IMG/VR virus record: IMGVR_UViG_3300020420_000003
Location: 1 to 56,086 of that record
Strand: one strand, 5' to 3'
DNA: 56,086 nt
Source: a virus
Taxonomy: Duplodnaviria > Caudoviricetes
The notes beneath the pieces were generated by a model. That model was not told where the DNA came from, searched no databases, and saw nothing but the letters and a program-made list of their open reading frames with translations. A program made the position numbers and the translations under genes. Below are positions 16,218 through 26,994 of this stretch, piece by piece. Position 1 is the first letter of the stretch. The number at the start of each line of letters is the position of its first letter.

Positions 16218-19200
16218 TGCGTGTCCTTTGCGCTAATTCTAAATTACGTTGTATCTCTACAGGATTATCTCCTAAAAGACCCGGATTAATTGCTGACTGT
16301 CCTTGCACAGAAGGCGTAACTACCGGGGTAATCGGTGCTACAGGCGGCCTGACAGCCGCAGTTGTCGGCGGTGTTGGGATGCTACTAACGGGTTCTCTAG
16401 GTTCTCTTTCACGCACTGCTGGGAACGGTTGTTCGAGACTAAGTCCTTTTAATTTACTTCGTCCAAAACGGTTTAATTCAGATCTTAATCTTTTTAAATC
16501 TCGTGCTGGGATCAAACGGCCCTCTCCTTCGCGTTCTGATTTTCTTGCTTCTTGTACAATATTGTTGCCGATAGTTAATGGTTGAAACTCCCCTTTGAGA
16601 ATTTGACTCACATCTTTTGCACCAATACCTCGACCCTTTGCTTTCTTCCGTATTTGTGTATTACTTAAACCCAACGCTTTAGCTGCTTCGAAATCTATAA
16701 ACATTTCTTGCTGCAACCGAAATAGATCTTGGTTTGCGTCAGTATACGCAGACATAATGCTGTCAAACGTTGCATCATTTCTACCAAACGCTCTACGAAT
16801 TTCTGAAGCAGGACCACTGTTTCTAAACTTAGCGTATGCGGAAGAACCAAACTCGATCTGTGTTTTAGCATCAAGTTCCAAGCTTCGAGCACCAAGTGTG
16901 TTAGCCATAACCTCTTCGTAAATGTTAAAGTCTTGCCCGTAACCACCGGGAATGTCATCAGCAGCTCTTGTTATCCTGCCGGGTACTAGACCCTGACCCG
17001 GTTTAATCGTTACAAAATTATCTACAATTGATGGATTCATCGCGCCCAAAATGTGTTGCATACTTTTTACAAACTTCTCACCCGGGTTATCTGACGGCTC
17101 ATATATTTTTGCTCCTGTGCGGCGAATACCACCACGCCCGAAACCTGCTACACTTACAACGTCAGCAATACGTTCAGACAGCAAAGCTTCCTCGACAAAT
17201 GGTTGAGCCAACTTGCCCATGAAAGTGAAACCTGCATCAGCTAATTTTTGTAGTTCATTTTTGCCGAGTCTTTCTCCTTTAGAATATGCTTCCAAAGCTG
17301 CTTTAGCAGGAGCGACGGCAGAGTCATAAGGTGCGTAGTAACTAATTGGCATGTATTGCATTTTGCCGTCGTCTGGTTTTGTCAACGGAACCATAACCTG
17401 ACCTTCGTAGAAGTATGGCTTGAGAACATCCAGTGCTTCTCTTTCTTCTCCGGTAAGTCCCAGTGCGGCAGAAGCACCAGCAGCAATTGCGGGGCTGACT
17501 CCAGCAGCCGTTGTGACATAACCCGCTAGACGTTTTGCACCAATCGCATTGATTTCACGTTCAAGACGTTTTGCTGCTTGCTCTCCCATTTTTTCAATCA
17601 TGTTATCTGTGGCTCGAAAAGATATTTCTGCTGAACCCTGACGGACAATATTGAAACTGTTACGGATGATCTCTGCGCTAAATCCAACAAAGTTACCAGC
17701 TAACGGGAACCTAGCTGCCATTTTCGCAATCGCTGGTATGCGACTGTAAACAGGCATCACATCTTTAACGATGTCTGCTGTCCACACATCAAAGAACTTA
17801 TCGCCCTGTGCATTTGTTTGACGCTTGGCAACTCCTTGTGCAATCAGATCTGGAGCAATTGCATCCCAATCAGAAGCTTTAATTGTTGCTTGCCCTGTTT
17901 CATCAAGAACCGAGTTCCGAAGTGCGGCAGCATATCGTCCACGTTCTGAAATGAAAGAGTTCATCTTCCACAGATTGTCTGCAAAAGCATAGCTGGTTTG
18001 TAGCCCACGGATAGGTGCGCCCAGTGTTTTGGCTGTTGCTTCTGCACCCGGTATTTTTTTGGCAGCTTCGGTCATTTTTTCACCGTAGCTAATGACACGC
18101 TTTCCGTTTCTTTCTGCTTCTCTCAACGTGCCACGAAGTGTGTCTTGCATTTCTCTTAGAAGCACACTGTCTTCCAACAAACCGTTTCGCATAGCCAAAT
18201 CAAAAAAATCTTCAAAATCTTTTTCTCTCATGTTTGCCATTTTGCCTGAAGCAACCGAAATCGAATCGAAGATATCTCCTGCTCGAGGCATGTGCCCATT
18301 AGCGGTGGCAAAGAAAACACCGGACGCATAATTTCTTACTTGTGCCATGGTGCTGAATACTGTTTTGGCTATTTGAGAAGCACCCTTTGCCTGAATACCT
18401 AAAGCCCACATTTCACCCAAAGCTGTTCGAGCAATCGGACGAGTTGTTAGTGCATCGAATAATTCTTTACGAACATGATGACCAGCAAGACTTCCGAACT
18501 GACCACCGAATACTGTGTTTTGTGTGGTAGGAACTTCTACATAGGCAGGGTCTATAGTTTTAAACGTATCGGGTGCTCCTGTTTTTATTTCTGCCATGTC
18601 CTCGTTTTTTAATATCAACGGCAGTCTTCCTTCGCCAATGTCAGACAAGGTTCCTGTAATGTTGGGGTTTTCTAAAAGATCATTGTAAAGTTTGTTAGAC
18701 CCAGCGATTCCAGCCATATCTGTCATTGTTTGCATATATCTAGATACGGCTCCGTCTCTTCCAGTTTTTACTTCACCCATCAACTCACGAAGCATCGGTG
18801 ATGCTTCTATGATCGCACTACGGCTTTTCAACAAGTCTTCTGATACTTTGAACAACGGCACAGCTTCACCAAAAATACGTTGACCTCCTCTCATTTCGTT
18901 TGTTGATTTTTCTGCTTGCTTTGAAATACTTTCGGAAGCGTCTGCGCTTAAATCATCAAGTCGTGGTCGAGCCGTAATGCCAACACGGTCTTTGACTATG
19001 TTGTCGAGTACATATTGTTCAGCGTAAGTTCTCAGCTTGCCTTCACGATCAAGTTTTTGAAATTCAGGATCCCTCATGCCCTTCATGGCTTCTTCGACTT
19101 CGTCAACAGCCGTTTTAAATTTATCTGTCTGTTGTATGTTTTTAAGATTTTTACGATCAATCCCGCCTGTATACATTCGACGCAGATATCCTTTTTCTCT

Positions 19201-20568
19201 TTGCTCAAAAGCTTTACGAAGACCGTCGTATATTTGTTTTGCGCTGCGGATTTCTTGACCGTCGCGGATCTCGGGTTGAATAAGACCGTTTTTGTAAGCC
19301 GTTGAAAGCTGGTCATAGATTGTTGCTGAAAGAGAGTTTCGTGCTGTTCCAAGTCTTTCTGCGGCTTTTTGAACCTCTGGTTTATACGCACTCAAAGCAT
19401 CTAGATCTCCATCAAGATACTTAATTAAATCATCGTACCCTGCTTGGTATGCTTCTTTTCCTTTCCCGTATAAAGGTAGACGGCTGATAGTGCCACGAAG
19501 TTCTTTGTCGTAATTTGATAATTGTTTTGCTGCAATTTTTGTGACACCACTAACCTGAGATCCGGTGTCTAAAATCTGCTCACTTAATTCTTTTTCCAAC
19601 AAACCAGCAGTTGTAAAATATTTTCTAAAGTTGGTCGGGTTTACAACCGGAACTTTGTCCGCCTGTTCAGCAAGAATGTCAAAACCTTTGCCGATTACAC
19701 CTGTAACTGGTGCAATAGCTGGACTTGCAGCACCGACTGCCATGCCTACTCCACCAACTGTGGCTCCAATAACAGGTAGTGCTAAATCTACTCCAATCCC
19801 GATGCCCAAACTTTCACCTGCGATACGCAATTTGTTTCGCATACGGCGAGCAACTTCTTCCCGTCCTGTGAACCCCATGTCTTCTTCTGTTCTTAATGAT
19901 TCGGGGAGTGCATCAAAATGATCCGCCATGGTAGACACGCCATCTGGTGCAATCATAAAATCTGCTGTGGCTGTCGCTCCTGTAGTCGTAAGACCACGTT
20001 TAAGATCATACAGGCGGCGTGTGACGGGACCAGATCCTTCTCCAGCGAGCAACGCTTTTCCTGCTCGGGTGTTACCAAACGCTTGTGCTGATCTACCAAA
20101 CGCCGTCCCTGCTGTGCCCAGAGCCTGTGCGCCACGAGCCGCTTTCGAAGCAGTATTCATCCAGCCAATTACGGGGATTGCACTTGTAGCAAATATGCCA
20201 AGAAGTTCTGCCATTTCGCCAACTTGTGTTTCCGGGTTTACACCCAGACGATCACGAGCTAGTTCAGCAAAATAATCTACATACTCCAACGCATCGTCAT
20301 CTGCGAGGTAGTCGTATAGGCCAACACCTAATGTAGCGAGTCCTTCAGGAACCCCTATCACAACTCCAGATACAAGTCCTTTGAACGCATCACCCAAAAC
20401 ACTAACGTCATCTGTTGTGGCTTTTACAGGATCATATTCTCTGCGCCGAGGTGTTTCGATTACGCCTTCTTCGCGGCGACGAGGAACAGTTTCTTGAACT
20501 TCAAACAGTTCGCGTTGCGCTTGTTGTTCTAGTTCTTGAAGAAATTCTTCATACTCTTCGGGGGTCAT
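16210..20568 (-). CDS. Large internal virion/DNA ejection protein (putative)
   Basis: 1452 aa, helical, hydrophobic Gly/Ala segment; last of the ejection-gene block. Confidence 0.7.
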   Translation of the reverse strand: MTPEEYEEFLQELEQQAQRELFEVQETVPRRREEGVIETPRRREYDPVKATTDDVSVLGDAFKGLVSGVVIGVPEGLATLGVGLYDYLADDDALEYVDYFAELARDRLGVNPETQVGEMAELLGIFATSAIPVIGWMNTASKAARGAQALGTAGTAFGRSAQAFGNTRAGKALLAGEGSGPVTRRLYDLKRGLTTTGATATADFMIAPDGVSTMADHFDALPESLRTEEDMGFTGREEVARRMRNKLRIAGESLGIGIGVDLALPVIGATVGGVGMAVGAASPAIAPVTGVIGKGFDILAEQADKVPVVNPTNFRKYFTTAGLLEKELSEQILDTGSQVSGVTKIAAKQLSNYDKELRGTISRLPLYGKGKEAYQAGYDDLIKYLDGDLDALSAYKPEVQKAAERLGTARNSLSATIYDQLSTAYKNGLIQPEIRDGQEIRSAKQIYDGLRKAFEQREKGYLRRMYTGGIDRKNLKNIQQTDKFKTAVDEVEEAMKGMRDPEFQKLDREGKLRTYAEQYVLDNIVKDRVGITARPRLDDLSADASESISKQAEKSTNEMRGGQRIFGEAVPLFKVSEDLLKSRSAIIEASPMLRELMGEVKTGRDGAVSRYMQTMTDMAGIAGSNKLYNDLLENPNITGTLSDIGEGRLPLILKNEDMAEIKTGAPDTFKTIDPAYVEVPTTQNTVFGGQFGSLAGHHVRKELFDALTTRPIARTALGEMWALGIQAKGASQIAKTVFSTMAQVRNYASGVFFATANGHMPRAGDIFDSISVASGKMANMREKDFEDFFDLAMRNGLLEDSVLLREMQDTLRGTLREAERNGKRVISYGEKMTEAAKKIPGAEATAKTLGAPIRGLQTSYAFADNLWKMNSFISERGRYAAALRNSVLDETGQATIKASDWDAIAPDLIAQGVAKRQTNAQGDKFFDVWTADIVKDVMPVYSRIPAIAKMAARFPLAGNFVGFSAEIIRNSFNIVRQGSAEISFRATDNMIEKMGEQAAKRLEREINAIGAKRLAGYVTTAAGVSPAIAAGASAALGLTGEEREALDVLKPYFYEGQVMVPLTKPDDGKMQYMPISYYAPYDSAVAPAKAALEAYSKGERLGKNELQKLADAGFTFMGKLAQPFVEEALLSERIADVVSVAGFGRGGIRRTGAKIYEPSDNPGEKFVKSMQHILGAMNPSIVDNFVTIKPGQGLVPGRITRAADDIPGGYGQDFNIYEEVMANTLGARSLELDAKTQIEFGSSAYAKFRNSGPASEIRRAFGRNDATFDSIMSAYTDANQDLFRLQQEMFIDFEAAKALGLSNTQIRKKAKGRGIGAKDVSQILKGEFQPLTIGNNIVQEARKSEREGEGRLIPARDLKRLRSELNRFGRSKLKGLSLEQPFPAVREREPREPVSSIPTPPTTAAVRPPVAPITPVVTPSVQGQSAINPGLLGDNPVEIQRNLELAQRTRSG

Positions 20569-20569
20569 T

Positions 20570-22054
20570 CTAGCCTCCCGTTGTAGTATCTTCTTGAGCT
20601 GTCAGTATGCTATCAACAGATTTGTTGGGGGGGCGTCTATTTCGAGATATACGAGTTCGTCTTTGATTTGGAACTTTTGCGTATAGTTCACGAAGCCTTT
20701 TTTCAATTGTTCTCTTATGTCTCTCTATATTTTTTTCAATTGCAGCAACATCCAACTTTCTTGTCCCGTCTAACGTAGCTTGTAAGTTCTCTTCAGCTTT
20801 TTTAAGAGCCTGTGTTGCTCGTCTTAAAGAGGGATCCTCTTGTATTCTAGCTTGTTCCGCATTAGTTAGCTGAAGATCCGCAGCGATTTCAGCTAACTCT
20901 GGTGCACTAGATAATTCTGATAAATTAGGATTAAGTGCGTCCGGGTCTTCAGGCCCGCCGTATCTAGGATCGGTTGCGGGCGGGTCTTTGGAATCATCTT
21001 TAGGATCATCGATGCTCGGGGCTTTTTCTACCGAAGCAGGTTCCGGATTCTGTACTTCGAACAAAAGTGTGCCTGATACAGGATCATGGAAGTAAGTTGT
21101 ATTAGTATTGGGATCATTAACAATGAAAGCACCATCAGCATCCGTAATTCTATCTAGATTTGCACCCTTTAGCTGTTTCCCTGCTTCTGCTAGTATCCTA
21201 TCAACGCCGCTTTTAGTGACTCGTTTTGCACCTGCATAGGCTCTTAGCCCTCCTATCACGGCTGTTTCATACTGATCCGGATCAGCAGAACCAGCTCGAT
21301 TTAAAATCACTTCATATTTTTGTAAGTAAGGTGTAGCGGGATCCTTCAATCTGGCGAGTTCTCTTGTTTCAGTATCTGTTCCTTGAACGAAAAATGTGTC
21401 GTATCTGGCTTTCTGTTCGGGTCCGAGAGAAGCTTGATACGCCTCGGGAGTAGGGTATATTGTTCCGTCAGAACCCATAATCTGACCTTGAGAAGTAATC
21501 GCTCCTCCTGTCCCCGTAACCGCTTCTTTTAATGCGCTGGGCATTCCTGACAAACGAAGAGTAGCTGCTCTGTAATCCTTAGTTGCTTTAGCATCTTCTA
21601 GTGCACGAGCCATTTCAGCTTCTTTAAGAGTCATTGCAAATTCTGTTTGTCTATTTTTGCCCACCTCATCAAGCGTGGTCGTCAGAGCTTGTGCGACGTT
21701 CGTTGTAGTAGAACCGCTTTGACCAGCAGCAATACGAGCACCAAGTTTCATCAAATCAATACCTGATTGTTCACGAGCTCGGGCAGGATCCGAGATTCCA
21801 GACATACGCTCGTACATCCCTGAGAACCCGGGTCTGGCAGTTAGTTTGTCATCAACCATTTCATAGCCAGCAGGTGTTATGCCTAACAGCGAAGCCAAGC
21901 CACCAGTATTAAATTTTTGAACAGGCTGACGAGGCATTATGTTTGGGGCCACGGACTGTACTTGATCCGCCAACTCATTAGACGAAGCCAAGATTCCGAT
22001 AGCTTGCCTAGCAAGTCCGGGTTTACGAAACAGCTTGCGGTTCGCGCCTTTCAT
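20570..22054 (-). CDS. Internal virion/ejection protein (putative)
   Basis: Position in block; FNTGGL motif. Confidence 0.6.
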   Translation of the reverse strand: MKGANRKLFRKPGLARQAIGILASSNELADQVQSVAPNIMPRQPVQKFNTGGLASLLGITPAGYEMVDDKLTARPGFSGMYERMSGISDPARAREQSGIDLMKLGARIAAGQSGSTTTNVAQALTTTLDEVGKNRQTEFAMTLKEAEMARALEDAKATKDYRAATLRLSGMPSALKEAVTGTGGAITSQGQIMGSDGTIYPTPEAYQASLGPEQKARYDTFFVQGTDTETRELARLKDPATPYLQKYEVILNRAGSADPDQYETAVIGGLRAYAGAKRVTKSGVDRILAEAGKQLKGANLDRITDADGAFIVNDPNTNTTYFHDPVSGTLLFEVQNPEPASVEKAPSIDDPKDDSKDPPATDPRYGGPEDPDALNPNLSELSSAPELAEIAADLQLTNAEQARIQEDPSLRRATQALKKAEENLQATLDGTRKLDVAAIEKNIERHKRTIEKRLRELYAKVPNQRRTRISRNRRPPNKSVDSILTAQEDTTTGG

Positions 22055-23031
22055 TATCCGCCTCCCCCTGCGTATGAAAATGGATTACCGTAGGTACGAC
22101 CAGCACCAATGAGCGCGATTCCGGTTCCGAGGAATTGTGAGCTTTTGTCTGCTCCGGTTGATGGTGTCATCTGCGTTGTCATCGTAGTTGGAGTTGTTGG
22201 TTGACCAGCAAACACATCAGCACCAAACGCAAGTTTCTGAACAGGTGCATTTAGTCTAGCTAGTGCTGTAGTTCTGTCAGCATCCAAAAGAGACTGATCG
22301 TAATTCATTTGATCCATACCAAGTTGTCGCAACGTGGATACATCTTGAAGACCCAGTGTTTGTGCTCGTTCTGCCATATCCGCCGACATAACACCTGCTT
22401 GACCCATTTGCGTACCTGTTTGACCAAGTAAACTTGCAATGCCAAGCTGACGATCTTTCTCGTCCTGAAACGCTTTCATAGCCATATCAGAAGCCGTTGT
22501 GAAACCGTCATACTTCATTTTCCCGATCATTTCCATCCGGTCACGCTCGTAATCACGAGCTGCCATTTGCTGCTGCAATGCAGCACGAGAACCACCGAAA
22601 GCTCCTTGCTGCGCGGCTTGAGCACGAAGTTGCTGTTCGCTCATCAACTGTTGTTCGCGTATTCTTTCAAGCGCAGGATCAAGAACCAAAGCTTCATACG
22701 GATTCATAAACTGGCTGATACCGGAAGGATCAAACCGTCCTCCGGCTTGCTTTGCCATATCTGCTTGCTGTTTAGCGTAGTCTGCCGCTAATGCCGTGTA
22801 CTCATCTGCCTGATCTAAATATGGCTGATATGCGCCGATACCAGCTTGGGCTAACTCATCTGCCTGTGTAAGAAGTTCGGGACGTTCAGCAATATAGTCA
22901 CGCTCCTCGAGAACTTCGATTGGCGCATTCATATAAGCTTCGGTAGAGTCTAGTAACTTTCTTTGAAAATCCTGCTGGTACTCAGGAAGTTCTACCGTTT
23001 GAATCGTTTTGGTAACATCCATCTTTGCCAT
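22054..23031 (-). CDS. DNA transfer/ejection protein (Gln/Ala-rich)
   Basis: FMNPY...GAFGGSR motifs typical of podophage pilot/ejection proteins. Confidence 0.7.
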   Translation of the reverse strand: MAKMDVTKTIQTVELPEYQQDFQRKLLDSTEAYMNAPIEVLEERDYIAERPELLTQADELAQAGIGAYQPYLDQADEYTALAADYAKQQADMAKQAGGRFDPSGISQFMNPYEALVLDPALERIREQQLMSEQQLRAQAAQQGAFGGSRAALQQQMAARDYERDRMEMIGKMKYDGFTTASDMAMKAFQDEKDRQLGIASLLGQTGTQMGQAGVMSADMAERAQTLGLQDVSTLRQLGMDQMNYDQSLLDADRTTALARLNAPVQKLAFGADVFAGQPTTPTTMTTQMTPSTGADKSSQFLGTGIALIGAGRTYGNPFSYAGGGG

Positions 23032-24434
23032 TATGCCATTCTCTCAAGCTTATTCATCATTTTGTACATTTCGGCAGCACCTTTTTTACGACTACCATCG
23101 CCCATGCCTCGAACAGCTTTTGCCGTCATTACAAACTCACCGTCAGAAAGCATAGCCGGGATACTGTCAGAGGTCCCAGTTCCGGGACCCGAGATTGCAC
23201 CACCTGCTGCTGCGAACATACGTCTTTGCTGCAATCGTTCTTGGGGTGTTCTTACTTGAACTCGCCCAAATCGTCCTGTTTCAGGATCGTAACCCAATCC
23301 AGTAAAGACCCCGCCTTCTGGTTCATACGGCTCGTAGTCTACCAAGTTTTGACCACCACCCTCTTCTCCACCACCTAACAAACCCGCACCTACCATCGTA
23401 AGCCCAGCAAGGTTAACAAGATCTGTTGGGTTTTTTGGTACGAGAGCATCAGGCACTTTCGAAAGGAAACTTGTCTCCCCCGCAACATTAGCTGCATTAA
23501 TAGGGGTTGGGGTTGAGGGTCCGCCACCAATGCCTAAGTTCTTCGCAATGTTACTTGGTTTCAGGTAGCTGAATGCACCCTGTTTGTCTGCAACAGTTTT
23601 AGCAAATGTTGTGGGATCGTAACCGGGAGATCTATATGTAAGAGTGGTTTGCGGTGAACCAACGATTCCATCTCCTATCAATCGTGAACCAGTTGCAACA
23701 TCTCCTGTAACTGGCTGAATGTTTATCAAGCCATCTTTACCAACTGTAACAAACGGATCGGTGGCAGCGACTCCTGACTGTGCTGCGGTTACTGGGCCTG
23801 AACCGGGTGCTTGGAATCCGGGAGTTGTGCCCGCGCCAAATTGATCTGCCATAAAGGGTTTGCCTTTGGCAACGTTACCCGCACCCTTAAACAAACCAAC
23901 AGTCAGACCTGATAAAGCACCCATCTTCAGAGAGTCTTTGAAGCTTCTACCTTGTATAAGACCACCAAGACCAGAACCAAGAGCCGCTGTCCCCGCTGCA
24001 CCTAAACTGCCGATGAATCCACCGATACCACCCGCAACACCACCCATGCCAGCCAACGCTGTGCCGATACCCGGCAGCACGATTGGCAGAATGACCGGAG
24101 CAAGTTTCTTAAATACTTTTTTAACCTTCTTAAAAAGCTTGGATAAAAAACCAAACTCTTGCATACCCGTTTGCGGATTACGGGCAACGAGATCTCCACC
24201 GACCACAAACTCCTGTGGGTCTAGTCCCTCCCGACGGATTACATCAAAAACCTGTTCCCGAACCTCTGGGTAGTATTTCATAATTGGGGCAGGGACAATG
24301 ACCTCGCCCTCTGCAACGTGAGCAATTTGATCGTCGTCAAACTGGCCCATGTTAGCCAGCTTGTCCGCCATGTCCTGTCGGTTTCCTAGAGAAGCTACCC
24401 CGCCTTGAGGGGTAAGAGATTGCTGCTGCATCAT
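23031..24434 (-). CDS. Ejection protein with amphipathic membrane-active helix
   Basis: AHVAEGEVIVP...NPQTGMQEFGFLSKLFKKVKKVFKK, Gly-rich hydrophobic region, C-terminal GPGTGTSDSIPAMLSDGEFV. Confidence 0.7.
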   Translation of the reverse strand: MMQQQSLTPQGGVASLGNRQDMADKLANMGQFDDDQIAHVAEGEVIVPAPIMKYYPEVREQVFDVIRREGLDPQEFVVGGDLVARNPQTGMQEFGFLSKLFKKVKKVFKKLAPVILPIVLPGIGTALAGMGGVAGGIGGFIGSLGAAGTAALGSGLGGLIQGRSFKDSLKMGALSGLTVGLFKGAGNVAKGKPFMADQFGAGTTPGFQAPGSGPVTAAQSGVAATDPFVTVGKDGLINIQPVTGDVATGSRLIGDGIVGSPQTTLTYRSPGYDPTTFAKTVADKQGAFSYLKPSNIAKNLGIGGGPSTPTPINAANVAGETSFLSKVPDALVPKNPTDLVNLAGLTMVGAGLLGGGEEGGGQNLVDYEPYEPEGGVFTGLGYDPETGRFGRVQVRTPQERLQQRRMFAAAGGAISGPGTGTSDSIPAMLSDGEFVMTAKAVRGMGDGSRKKGAAEMYKMMNKLERMA

Positions 24435-24661
24435 GTCACTACCTTTAGAGTTGTACCGTCTCTATAAACAGTACCGACTTCAAGTCCTGTTGCGCTAGTT
24501 GGCAAAGCTGTTAATACGGCAGTGGACGCACGAAGCTGTCCCTCTGTGTTGACTTGGTCTATGAGAAGCGTCAACGCCCTCGCCAAGTCTGAAACATACG
24601 CTGCACTGTAGACCTCGGGAGCAGTGGACAAAATAGGCGGAACTAATTCTCTTTGTGGCAT
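24431..24661 (-). CDS. Small tail-associated protein
   Basis: LPTSATGL..G.VYRDG..LK fibre-tip-like motif. Confidence 0.55.
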   Translation of the reverse strand: MPQRELVPPILSTAPEVYSAAYVSDLARALTLLIDQVNTEGQLRASTAVLTALPTSATGLEVGTVYRDGTTLKVVT

Positions 24662-26793
24662 TATCTCTTCCCATCCGGTCTTACTTCAACTCTTGGTATA
24701 CCTAGTCTCCATTGTGCACCTGTTCCAGTGTTTTCCACTTTAACAGAAAAAGCTCTTCCGCGAAGCCTTAAAAACAATTCAGAAGTGTATTTTTCAACAG
24801 TATCAGACGCTTCCTTGATTACAGTGCCGTCTATATTCTCCAAGTTAGATTGTCCCGGTTTGTCGTAACCCCCCAAAGTAAATTTTACAGTGGGTGTCGG
24901 GCTGCTTGATCCGTCGAAGGTGATGTCAGGGATAATTCGACGAATTAACTGAAATTGTTCTCCTGTCTCTAAACTCAGGGGACTGCTTTCAATATATGCT
25001 GTCAACGCTGTGGCTGGATCAGTTGACCCATCATCGTTGCCTAACTCATGATTATACAAGAAACTGTCTGTGCCCGCAGCGATTGGGAACGCTCGAACTT
25101 CAGCGTCCAACCATGCTGTTCTACCCAACACCCCGTAATACCAAGCCTGTTCTTGATAGTTGAAGATGACATACTTATCGACTTCTAAAGAGTTTTTAGA
25201 CGGATAGAACCAAAATATTTCTGAGAACTGTGAGTTTAAACCCGCAGTAATTAGTTCTCGTTGATCGTTGTTAAGATCATCAAAAACGTAATTTCGAACG
25301 GTGCAGGGTATCTGCTGTGTTCTACCATCGTATGTATAGAACTGATTCTCACCCATCCAAAACACTGTATCGTTCACAGCAACCACAGAATTAGGTCCGA
25401 TGATACTGATGCCTGAAGCAATTTGAATCAGACCAAATGTATTCGGCGCACCAATAAATTGCATGGAGTGCAAGCTCACATCTGTCCAGACCAGAATCTC
25501 ACGTTTGGTTTCTATAGCAGACACAAACTTAGAACCAGAGCCGATAATCAAGTCGCCCGCATCAGTTCCCGTCGTAGTAATGTTCCAATCAACAACACTT
25601 TCTGCTTTAGAAAAACGAATCAAGAGTGGGTCTTGTTCTGTCAGACCCTGTGCATTAGTAGCAAAAGCAATACAATGTCGGCTCCTGTCCGACACCATAA
25701 TTTGTCTAGCCATCAACGGGACTTGGTCTGCTCCGCCTTCGCCTGTTAAAGGCCCTGCTCTACCTGCGGTGGTATCTACGCTTTTGTCCCAGTAAAAAAT
25801 CGCACCGTCTCTTGGACAGGCAAGCAAATCTTCACCGAAATTATCTAGTGACCAGATCCGAGCTTCAGTGCCCGATGTCGTAGAAATAGCTGACGCATCA
25901 CCCCACCCAGTGATTGCTGCTGCGCCACGAACAGCCACACCACTGTCATGTTGAATACCTGTGCCAGCCGTAGGTGTACTGCCGTCTGCGCCACGACCAA
26001 TAGTCGTTAGAGTATTACTGGTTTTGCCTTGGTATGTAATGACTTCTTTGCCATCAACAACAATTGATCCGGAAGATGGAAAAGCACTGGCATCTGTAAG
26101 AGTTATACTATCTGAAGATCCACCATTACCATTAGTATCGGCACTAAGAGCACCGTTCAATGTTGTTGCCGGATCCGCAGAAGTCGTGCCGCCCCACAAA
26201 CCAGCACCCCAACCAGTTCCCGACACAATCGTATCTAGACCCGTGTTGATTTGATATGCTGCTGACGGTGTACCACCGCCTGTTGTGGTGGCGTTTGCAG
26301 TGGTCGCTACAGTAATTGTATACGAACCGCCATCAACAACAGTGATCTGATGTTCTTTGTTCAAATCAGTGTCGGGTATTCCAGCGAAGGAGGTTGCGCC
26401 TGTAAATGTAACAAAATCATTTGTTACAGCCCCATGGCTGGCATCCGTTACAGTTATGGTTGTGCTTCCGCTGGTTGAAGCAAGAGCTCCTGAACTTAAT
26501 GATTGAGTTCTGCGGATCGGGGTGATGTCAAAAAACTGTGTGCCTTCTTCGATGTACAGCTTGAGGTGAGTTCCGACAGCTAGGTAGTTTGATTGATCTA
26601 ACGCAATCCAGTTATGGAGTTTTCGTGCAATCCCCAGATAAGAAGACGAAGAAAACTTCTGCCAACCACCAATCTTCTCCGGCACACCGAAACGAAAACG
26701 AATATAGTTGCCGTCATACCAGCCTCCCTCGTTCATGTAACGAGTGGTTTCTCGATTGATGCCGGGTCTGAACTGTAACTTTTGTAACGCCAT
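24661..26793 (-). CDS. Tail nozzle/packaged DNA stabilisation protein (P22 gp10-like)
   Basis: FRPGINRE...PEKIGGW N-terminus, beta-rich, EVRPDGKR C-terminus. Confidence 0.75.
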   Translation of the reverse strand: MALQKLQFRPGINRETTRYMNEGGWYDGNYIRFRFGVPEKIGGWQKFSSSSYLGIARKLHNWIALDQSNYLAVGTHLKLYIEEGTQFFDITPIRRTQSLSSGALASTSGSTTITVTDASHGAVTNDFVTFTGATSFAGIPDTDLNKEHQITVVDGGSYTITVATTANATTTGGGTPSAAYQINTGLDTIVSGTGWGAGLWGGTTSADPATTLNGALSADTNGNGGSSDSITLTDASAFPSSGSIVVDGKEVITYQGKTSNTLTTIGRGADGSTPTAGTGIQHDSGVAVRGAAAITGWGDASAISTTSGTEARIWSLDNFGEDLLACPRDGAIFYWDKSVDTTAGRAGPLTGEGGADQVPLMARQIMVSDRSRHCIAFATNAQGLTEQDPLLIRFSKAESVVDWNITTTGTDAGDLIIGSGSKFVSAIETKREILVWTDVSLHSMQFIGAPNTFGLIQIASGISIIGPNSVVAVNDTVFWMGENQFYTYDGRTQQIPCTVRNYVFDDLNNDQRELITAGLNSQFSEIFWFYPSKNSLEVDKYVIFNYQEQAWYYGVLGRTAWLDAEVRAFPIAAGTDSFLYNHELGNDDGSTDPATALTAYIESSPLSLETGEQFQLIRRIIPDITFDGSSSPTPTVKFTLGGYDKPGQSNLENIDGTVIKEASDTVEKYTSELFLRLRGRAFSVKVENTGTGAQWRLGIPRVEVRPDGKR

Positions 26794-26798
26794 TTAAC

Positions 26799-26990
26799 CT
26801 ACCCGTTTATCTTTTTTGTTATCCACAAAACCGCTGCATAAACTGCTAATCCATAGATTGTGGCTATACCAATATCCAAGAGATGCTCTCTCATATGGTA
26901 GATAAACTCTATGCCCGCTTCAATGTCACTAGAACCACCACCTAGTGTGATGTTTTTTGTTCCGTGAAATTCTTCTATCGTCTGTTCCAT
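26799..26990 (-). CDS. Small membrane protein
   Basis: C-terminal TM segment. Confidence 0.6.
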   Translation of the reverse strand: MEQTIEEFHGTKNITLGGGSSDIEAGIEFIYHMREHLLDIGIATIYGLAVYAAVLWITKKING

Positions 26991-26994
26991 AACA

